Assembly: GCA_951406725.2 (NCBI GenBank)
Contig: OX597822.1
Coordinates: forward strand, 1,612,001-1,676,000
DNA from: Octopus vulgaris
Taxonomy: Eukaryota
Direction: 5' to 3'
DNA length: 64,000 bases
Shown here: in pieces, positions 54,098 through 64,000 of the stretch
Numbering within the stretch: the first letter of the stretch is position 1
Layout of the letters: the number at the start of each line of letters is the position of its first letter
Notes under the pieces: generated by a model
What the model saw: only the letters and a program-made list of their open reading frames with translations
What the model was told of the DNA's origin: nothing
The model's database searches: none
Program-made: the position numbers and the translations under genes

Positions 54098-54264
54098 ATG
54101 AGGATATATACATAAGTGTATATCAGAATATGTGTATATAGTTACGAGCTAATTACTTGTATTAATGCTTTCATATACCAATATCGATATAGTCGTTATT
54201 GGAATCCAGTTGGGCTGAAGGATATTTCTATACATCTAAGAATATAAATACATACATACATATA

Positions 54265-54298
<34 letters not shown>

Positions 54299-54303
54299 AA
54301 TAC

Positions 54304-54357
<54 letters not shown>

Positions 54358-55000
54358 ATATATGTATGTATATTAATGTATATGTGTCTGCATATATTCA
54401 TACTGCCGGCACACGCATATGCGCAATGTACACGCATGTCGATAAATATATGTCATATGAATACGGTATCGAGAATGATGCCATAGACGCTCAGACCAAC
54501 GTTCCGTCTACCTGTGTGTCTCTCTATCAATCTCTCTGTGTCTCTGCATGTCAGTCTGTCTGTGTGTCGATTGCAATGTTTAATATTATATGACCTTTTC
54601 AAATTACTAACAATGTTACATGTCGTTTAGCTTTTTTTTCTTTTTCTTCTTTTCTTTCTTTCGTTCTGATGATAATGGACGCTACAAGAATATATCCATG
54701 TCTTTCAGAATATTGACTATCTGTTTCTGAAGAAGAAGGAATAGCAATGACGTCAACACGATTTCATTACTTGAAGCAATAATAGAAATGTCTCAATGTT
54801 TTAACATCTTCGTTATTTAATGCATTGACGTCAAAACTTTAAAAATGTCGTTGTATATAAGAGCAAGGAGAGCAAGTAGTAATAATATTCATTCAATGGA
54901 CCAACAATGACACATTATATACATAATACATATACATAAATATATACATATATATATATGTATGCATGTGTATATATATCTACATATATAAGTATATATA

Positions 55001-55062
<62 letters not shown>

Positions 55063-55163
55063 CTTTCAGGCAAGCATGAATTTAAATCTATATCTTCATC
55101 AGTATCTATGTATGTATACTTCTGTATACATACCTGCATAAATATATATATATAAATATATAA

Positions 55164-55213
<50 letters not shown>

Positions 55214-55433
55214 ATACGTATATATGCACGTGTGTTTAGTGTATGCACGCGTGTGCGTATATTTATCTGTATATCTATTAGTTTATATTATATTTATCAT
55301 ATATATTGTATATTCATATACATGTATGTATGTGTGTGTGTATGTGTGTGTGTGTAAAAATGCTAATATGTGTTTATGAACACAAAGGTATGTATATGAA
55401 TGTTCGTTTGTGTGTGAGTGTGCAAAACTATAG

Positions 55434-55493
<60 letters not shown>

Positions 55494-55540
55494 CCACATT
55501 ACAAGCATACGTTTATACACCTGAAAATACAGATGTATAT

Positions 55541-55573
<33 letters not shown>

Positions 55574-55979
55574 CAGAGGCGCGGATGGCCTTCCTCATTC
55601 CATCATGAGGTTACGCTTGTTCAATCGCCTAAATACCCTGTTTACGTATTAATAGGTAACAATCAGAGCAATCCATGGACACGAATACTCTTAATGCAAT
55701 TCTCAGGCAGATCCATCATGACACGGTGTGTGACAAGCTGCACATTTTGTGTTACAGCTACAAAGAATTTTACGGCCATCTTTACAATTTCTATTTCCCA
55801 GTTTTTCTTACAATATATGACTCAAGTGCATAGTGTTTACGGAGCAAACTTGGTTAAGGCGTCAATCACACTGCGCTTTATGAGTCTATACATGGGGTTG
55901 TTGCACAATTCCTAGCTTTAAAGCAATCGCGAAAGGCCTCATACATACATACACATATATATGTAGATATATATAAATA

Positions 55980-56376
55980 GACGCAGGCGTGGCTGTGTGG
56001 TAAAATGCTTGCTTCCCAACCACATGGTTCTGGGTTCAGTCCCGCTGCGTGGCATCTTGGGCAAGTGTCTTCTATTATTGCCCGAGGCTAACCAAAGCCT
56101 TGTGAGTGGATTTGGTAGACGGAAACTGAAAGAAGCCCGTCATATATATATATATGTATATATTTATGTTTGTGTGTTTATGTCTGTGATTGTCCTCTCC
56201 CACGATCGCTTGGCCACCGATGTTGGTGTGTCTACGTCTCTGTAACTTAGCTGTTCGGTATAAGAGGCCGTGTGAATAAGCACCAGGCTCAGAAAGAATA
56301 ATTCCAGGAGTCGATTTCTTCGACCAAAATGAGGTGCTCCAGCATGGCCACTGTCAAGTGACTGAGATAAGTAAAA
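55980..56376 (+). mobile_element. OR-type SINE, full length
   Basis: Head GCAGGCGTGGCTGTGTGGTAA, CTTGGGCAAGTGTCTT and GGTGCTCCAGCATGGCC tail. Confidence 0.9.
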
Positions 56377-56379
56377 CAT

Positions 56380-56423
<44 letters not shown>

Positions 56424-56461
56424 TCATATACATATATGAATATATATATATATACTTACAT

Positions 56462-56518
<57 letters not shown>

Positions 56519-56548
56519 CTTACATACATACATACACACACACGCGCG

Positions 56549-56613
<65 letters not shown>

Positions 56614-56782
56614 GAACGGAATAAACGAAATATGAAAGAATGATATCTAACAATACAAATATATTGCGCTCGAAATATAAAGGTTTTTAGAAATTTTCTG
56701 CATTGTTTCAAGCTTTCATTATTTCTCATCCTATTCATCTATTACTTATCTGCTACAATGCTTCAAATGAACTACAACGCTA

Positions 56783-56930
<148 letters not shown>

Positions 56931-57469
56931 TGTGTATAAGTATATATGAGTATATAGGGACTTGTGTGTTGTGTGTGCATGTGTGTATGTGGATATATGT
57001 GTGTGTATGTGTGTATGTGTATGTGTGGTCGTGTGTGTGTATATATACATGTGTGTGTGTATATGTATATGCATGTATATGTGTATGTATATATATATAT
57101 ATATATATGTGTAGATATATGTATGTGTATGTATGTGTGTGGGTATATATATATATATATATATATATGGGTGTGTGTGTATGTATGTGAGTATGTATAT
57201 GTGTGTGTGTGTGTGTATATATGTAAACATATGAGTATAGGTATACGTGAGATTTTCCTTATTTACCTAAAACTCTATTCTTCTATATATTTTTTTATTC
57301 CCCCTTTTTTTATTCTTTTATTTATTCTTCTATCTAATTTACCACTGACTCCTTGACCACTCCCCCAAGTATGATTTTTTTGCGCTATGCCTACCCCCCA
57401 AAAAGTCCCCCACCACCACCCCTTTAAACCTGCCTAAATGTATAAATGCCAATACAATTCTTGTTAACT

Positions 57470-57520
57470 AGCTTCCTGAAGATTTCTCTTGAATGAAACA
57501 GTTCTAGTCCTGTAGAAGCT
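57470..57520 (+). ncRNA. Type I hammerhead ribozyme-like motif (family J)
   Basis: AGCTTC-CTGAAGA-TTTC(TCTT)GAAT-GAAA-CAG(TTCTAGTC)CTG-TA-GAAGCT, with a 6-bp stem I, a 4-bp stem III and a GUA site. There is a T-T mismatch at the base of stem II. Abuts (TA)n. Confidence 0.68.
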
Positions 57521-57525
57521 CCTTC

Positions 57526-57583
<58 letters not shown>

Positions 57584-57676
57584 ACATATATATAACGGCG
57601 GTGCATCAGCATGGCCGCAGCTCTGAGTTGAAACATTAAAGAAAAAAATATATATACACACACACACACACACACC

Positions 57677-57707
<31 letters not shown>

Positions 57708-58484
57708 TTATGTATGTATGTATGTTTGTATGTATACATATGCATACATACATACATACATACATACACATAGATAACAGATGTTGTACTGGTTCGGCTC
57801 TAAACATTATTATGTAGGGTCATGCACTTAGTTTTCAGTTTTAATGCAACTGTTGTATTCAAATTTGAATGATCTCAGTATTTCGCGTGTTTTAGAGCTA
57901 ATTTTCGTTTTTCTAAAAGAATATAATCAATTCAGTTATTTCCCGACAATAGTTCGGGGAAATTTCTATCGAGAAATGAAAAGGAAGATCAGCACCGCTT
58001 GTTCTTTATAATAAAGATTCTTTTCATAATAAAAGTTCTTTCTCAGCATTTCCTATCTTACCAATATCCTTTAACTTGTTTCTCTCTTTAACATACATTA
58101 ACGGTCTTTAGTTCCTTCACCAATCACTCTGCTGATATTTCCAAATTCATGATGTTACCTAACGGATTTGGGTTGGCAGTTTAACATTAGAGATAATATA
58201 TTTACGAATCGTTTCATAAAATTTCAGATTGATTAGGATTACTGCTGATCTCAGCACGTTCATGATCATATTATCACTTAATGCTAGAAGCTAACAAAAA
58301 AAAAAAAAAAATGTATCAATGATTCAATATCCACATAGTAAAGAACGGAAAATTTCTATCATACCGTAACACAATTTATAATTGTTGGTTTTTTTAATGT
58401 TAAGTAAATTTACTAGGGAGTCATCAGATAGTCTCTAATACAAGATTGTCACTTAATCCTTCGATATTATAATATAGCTGTTTG

Positions 58485-58718
58485 AGGTGAGGCGAGCTGG
58501 CAGAGACGTTAGCACGCCGGGTGAAGTGCTTCGCGGTATTTCGCCCGTTGCTACATTCTGAGTTCAAATTCCGCCGAGGTCGATTTTGCCTTTCATCCCT
58601 TCGGGGTCGATAAATTAAGTACCAGTTACGCAATGGGGTCAATGTGATCGACTTAATACGTTTGTCTGTCCTTGTTTGTCCCCTCTGTGTTTAGCCCCTT
58701 GTGAGTAATAAAGAAACA
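58485..58718 (+). mobile_element. OK-type SINE with 22-bp target-site duplication
   Basis: TSD GATATTATAATATAGCTGTTTG at 58463-58484 and 58719-58740. Confidence 0.93.
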
Positions 58719-58904
58719 GATATTATAATATAGCTGTTTGCCTACCTGTGATTGTTTTCAAAACCTTAAATTTCATGGTGTTTCACAGAAATTACCTGTT
58801 GATGTTTTACAATTTATTTTCTTTTGCCCACTGAATCATGAAAATTAATTAAAGAGGAAAAGGAAATGCAATTAATTTGATATCAAAATCTAACAATTAT
58901 GTTG

Positions 58905-59975
58905 GTTTCGAATTTTGGCACAAGGCTAGCGAGTTCAGGTAAGGGGTAAGTCGATTAAAATGACTACTGTGCTCAACTGGTACTTATTTTATCGATCCCC
59001 ACATAAAGAAAAGCAAAGTCGACCCTGGGCAGTATTTGAACCTAGAATATGAAAATGGGCGAAATATCGTTAAGTATCTTACCAGGTGTGCTAACAATTC
59101 TGCCAGCTCACCGCCTTAAATCTAGCAAATATATTACATTTTAAATGCATATATCTATCAACTTCATTTTAATGTAAGCGATATGTCACGAGTTACATAA
59201 TCTGGTGTTAGACGTTTGTTAAGGTTATAACATATCCTCGAAGTATATATTCCATTTTACAAATAATCATGTTTATTATAGAAACAATGTCTGGAATTTC
59301 TGGTGCGGGGACTAATCGATTATATCGACTCAAGTGCCTTATTGATACTTATTTGATCGACACCGAAAGGATGAAAATTAATGGAAGCCTCGGTGAAACT
59401 TGAACTCAAAAAGTAAAGTCGGAAGAATCGCCACTAAGCATTTTTTCTAACGTTTCTATCAGATTGCAACTAGTAATATATAAAAGTGATATTCGAAAAT
59501 TTTTCTCGTATAAAACCGTTGAGAAAGAGATATGTTAGTTCGTTCTTTTCTATTCTAGGCACAAGACCAGAAATTTTGGGGGAGGGGGGCCAGTCGATTA
59601 GCTCGACACCAGGACGCAACTACTACTTAAGTTATCAACACAGGAAGGATGAACGGCAAAGTCGACCTCGGCGGATTTTGAATAATATGTTACTTCATTA
59701 CCATAATACTGATGAAGGAGTGTAGGAATGCTGGTTCTGGGGAGGTAGTCTCGTCAAAATATCGATCTCAAATTTTAGTACAAGGCCAGCAATTTCGGGG
59801 GATGGAGTAACTCGCTTACATTAACCCCAATGTTCAACGGGTACTTATTTTATCGTCCCGTAAAGATGGAAAGCAAATTCTGACCTCCGCGAACTTTGAA
59901 CTCAGAACCTAAAAGTGGACTAAATGCATCCGGGTATTTTGCCCGGTGTGCTAACGTTACTGTCGGTCACCGCCT
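58905..59975 (-). mobile_element. Run of four decayed OK-type SINEs
   Basis: Copies at ~58905-59118, 59285-59460, 59550-59680 and 59765-59975. Confidence 0.75.
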
Positions 59976-60119
59976 ACGAAAAATGACATAATATCAATAT
60001 TATTTAAACCATATCGTCAAAAGAATTATTCTAGCAAGACTCTACTTCTTTTCCAAAGCTGTCTGTCTGTATGTATGTACTTATGTAAGCATGTATGTAT
60101 GTATGAATATATGTATGTA

Positions 60120-61573
60120 TACTAGGTTTGTTCAGAACTAACTGAGGGTTTATATTAAATTTTTTAATACTTATTGTAGAATAAATTTATTTATCTTTTC
60201 ATAAATTATTCCAAATTGAAGCGCAAATTTTGTTATTTATTTATGGTAATAATATAGATTTTACATTTGAATTGGAAGTTAAGATTCTTGATCTGAAATC
60301 GTATGTTGAACTTGGTTGGATTAGAGAGAGGATGCGATTCATGAAATTGTGAATCCCTGCGAAAGGAATCTGATGAGTCAAGCTGATTATTCGAGCACTG
60401 AATTGATCAAATGACTTACAACTAAAATAACACTAATAAGATGTGAAATGAAACGAGTCGCCTGTGTGTTATTGGCATAATAACCACCCAAAGATATTTT
60501 CCTTGTATTCTTTGTTTCATTTAAGGCTGTCAAGTTTAAACAAGAAAACTTTGATTCGAGTGATTTTTTATCGAATGAGTTCAAAGTATAAGATAAAGCA
60601 GTAATAATTGCTTTAAAAATCAACGAAGCATTTAGTCAGGTGACCGTCAATGACCATATCATACAACATTGGTTACAAGCATTTTGTAAAGACCAGAGTC
60701 ATAAAAACGACTTTGTGCCCGGTAACAAATAGAAGGATATTGCTGAAGCGCTCCCACCTCCCACAAAACAAATCCAAAGATTTCAGAAGGCCTGGTTACT
60801 GAGTATTAGACAATACGAAATTCAGTGAGATTATTTAGCTGCGACACAAGCTAAACAAAAAGTTTTATAATATTTTCCTGGGCGAGAATGCTCTGAGCCT
60901 TTTTGGCTCAACAAGTATAATCTATTCTTTGTGTACATTTTGACATGTAAGCACAAATGGACTGTATATGATAGCTGAAAATGTTCCTTACATTGACTTG
61001 ACTGACGAGAAATACCAAAATATTTTCCTAATCTTGAAGTGCATTAAAAGAAGGCTCCGGTCTCTTTTTTGTGTTCGACAAGGGAAAAAAATCTTCTATA
61101 CAAAGGATTTTCATCAAGGAATCGACAAATTTTTCCGAGAACTGCGAAGTTCATGAAAAGCTTCTATTAAGCAAAAAGAACCAATTCTTCACAACACCAA
61201 AGCCCAACAACATTTCTCGCAAATTAATCAGCAGAAATTGGACGAACTAGACTTCGAAGTTCTACAATCTGCAGCTTAATGCCTGTTCTCATCTACCAAC
61301 TATCGCTTTTTCAAGCTTTTCTATCATCTGAATAGCTTCCTGAATACAAAGTCTTCAATAACATGACAGGAACATCTCTAAACACCTTCGTAATAATCAT
61401 CAGTGTCAAGACTCCAAAATTCTATGAGACCAGAAATAATGGATTTCTTTCTTATTGGCAAAAATATCAAAATTCTATGGTTATCATTTTGATAAATAAA
61501 ATATAGAGAGATGGAATATATATTGCTTTAAAATTGATGACTAATTACGGCTAATATTTCTGCTTCAACGTAA
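60120..61573 (+). mobile_element. Highly decayed full-length mariner element
   Basis: TIR-like TACTAGGTTTGTTCAGAACTAACTGAGGGTTT and CGGCTAATATTTCTGCTTCAACGTAA. Coding remnants INEAFSQVTVN..QHW, QKLDELDFEVL, STNYRFF and WQK. Confidence 0.75.
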
Positions 61574-61679
61574 AGCATGCATACGCTACGCACATACGTA
61601 CATACATACACAGATACATATATGCATACAGGATTTTTTCTGTTGATACTATGCCATAAACAAAATCTTTCGGCTGTCA

Positions 61680-62085
<406 letters not shown>

Positions 62086-62729
62086 CTTTTAGTTTCCTAT
62101 TCTGTTTGCCTTCCAATACATTTATCTGTCATGTTAGAATAAAACCAGTGAGAACCGTATTTGTTTCCTTCTCTTAAATATATTTATATTTACTCTTGGG
62201 TAATTAACTTTAATATTATGCAGCTACAGCAAATACAATTTTAAAATAAAACCATAAGCGCAAAAACATTGCAAAATAATATTTTTTCTGGGAACCAATT
62301 AAATACATAATTCAAAGACATATGAATTCAAATTTCATTTTTGGAATTTTTTCTTAAGCTTAAAACTCAATAGAATTGGAAACATTCTTTAATATATTAA
62401 TGTTAAATTAACTGTTATAAGAAAACGAAAAGAGATGATTAAAATGTATTCCAAGTTAATCGTTGTATAAATTTTATAATAACATTTTATAGATTATATT
62501 TTCTGTTAACTTCAGCATTTAGTTTCGAATATCTAGATGTATTATATTTTTGTCACATCTTTGTTGATATTTTCTATTATGATCCTCCACCTACATCCTG
62601 CTATCCATATATTAAATAATGCAGAAAATATCATCAAATACAATAGTTATTTCGTAGTTTTTCGTTTTTTTTTCATGAAATCTCGTTGGAAATGTGAATT
62701 TTCTCCATTATATTGGTAACACACTACAT

Positions 62730-63062
62730 ATATGATGTATGTTGTTATTTTCGAATCTTTTCGTCAGCCAATGGGAAATTCAATATTTATGAACATTATC
62801 CAGGGCCTTCATGTCTGGTTTGGATATTTATCTCAAACCACTGGAGATCTGACCCGAATTCTTGCAAAAGAATGGACAACGTTAAAGCTTTCCAAGATGA
62901 GAGGAGGTGGTGTTAATATGGTCGACGGATTAAGTTATGGCTTACACAGATTTAAATATGAAAACAAATATAGAAAAGAATAGTAAAGAAAAAATATATT
63001 CTGAAAACATACACTCGGGGGTATAAACAATTAACAAGCTAAGTTTTTAAAGCCAGTCATCA
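62730..63062 (+). pseudogene. Possible Tc1/Tc3-like transposase DDE-domain relic
   Basis: IFSSANGKFNI resembles IFSDEKKFNL, and SKMRGGGVNMVDGLSY resembles KRQQGGGSVMVWGAFS. Confidence 0.35.
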
Positions 63063-63239
63063 CCAGTAAATGAGTATGGTTCTCGCTATTTGTTTTAGAT
63101 ATCTATAAAGTCACGGACAGACATAGATACTCACCCATTTCTCTTAAATTTCGACGTAACGGTTCATCCAGGGTGTGACAGTTAACAGGATAGAGAGCTA
63201 CATTATCACTCTACTAGTATCATCTTCAGTATAGTAAAC

Positions 63240-63362
63240 TGGATCACTGTGAAATAAAGTGCCTTGCTCAAAGGCATAGTGCGTTGCATCGGTCCAGGAA
63301 TCATACGCACGACATTGCGACTGTGAAAAAAACACCCTAAACACAAAGCCACGGGCTTTCAC
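63240..63362 (-). mobile_element. tRNA-derived CORE-like SINE fragment
   Basis: Minus strand GTGGCTTTGTGTTTAGGGTG..TTGAGCAAGGCACTTTATTTCAC. Confidence 0.55.
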
Positions 63363-64000
63363 AACACGATAAACCTAGACACATTCAGTTAAGACGTTCT
63401 CGCCAGTCTGCCCTAAATTTCAGCAAAAAATTACTAGAATATAGTATCTTGCATTTCCTCTCATATTCAATGAAAATGTTGACGAATTCTTAGATGAAAA
63501 TAAGTGTGTAGGTTTCTAATCCTTTACATATATTGCACAATAGAACCTCTAACACAATATCCCTTTGACAGAGGAAAACTGTATGTCTCTTCTCACTAAA
63601 AGATGGTGTCATAATCATAATGACACCATCTGCAGGTAAACAGAACCGTTCTACACTGAGAATACCTGTTCGACATAGCTTCAGCTGTCGTCAGTCCTTG
63701 GAAAATGAAGGAGTACCTGGAGACAGGTCTCAACGATCTGCATTTAATGCTGATCGGGCAGGGTCAGCAATATTTGGAGTTTACTCTGGTTTCTGTGGTC
63801 AGCAGAGATTATCTGGAACTGAAAATGCCCCAGCCTTGGTAACACAGCCAAACCACAGTGTTCGGAATTTTTTATAGACTGCAGTTAAAATTCTTCCGGA
63901 AAAGACTTCGAGGTTTAGCTATGTCAACACTTAGAACCTTCACGAGATCATGCTCATTTTCACCTTACTTCTGTGAATCCTGTATAGAATGCAAGGATCC

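Noticed and set aside
55055-55108. Minus-strand CTGATGA-AG..CCT-GAAA-GCC-TA HHR-like motif next to (TA)n
   Set aside because: Stem II is poorly paired and stem I relies on TA repeats; counted only as a weak candidate.
59705-59760. CTGATGA core-like words here and at ~8611, ~11156, ~25885 and ~26816
   Set aside because: No downstream stem II plus GAAA plus NUH with a closing stem I.

Overview
This is AT-rich eukaryotic non-coding DNA, almost certainly from an octopus (coleoid cephalopod). The evidence is the octopus-type tRNA-derived SINE families and the extreme load of (TA)n, (TG)n, (TATG)n, (TATC)n and triplet microsatellites. I find no credible host protein-coding exon; nearly all ORF-track entries are microsatellite translations. 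The window holds decayed Tc1/mariner elements, a hAT transposase relic, a Dong/R4-type LINE, Tx1/L1-type LINE pieces, a Helitron-like element, a foldback MITE carrying TTAGGG repeats and about 30 SINE copies. The most striking signal, read by eye, is about 19 type-I hammerhead-ribozyme (HHR)-like motifs from roughly 10 unrelated sequence families. Most sit in short elements in or beside (TA)n tracts and often occur as inverted pairs, which is the architecture of Penelope-like element pseudo-LTRs or non-autonomous ribozyme retroelements. Several have unusual cores (U3-A8 covariation, U4C, A6U, or a hairpin replacing CUGANGA). All structures are manual pairings and are untested.
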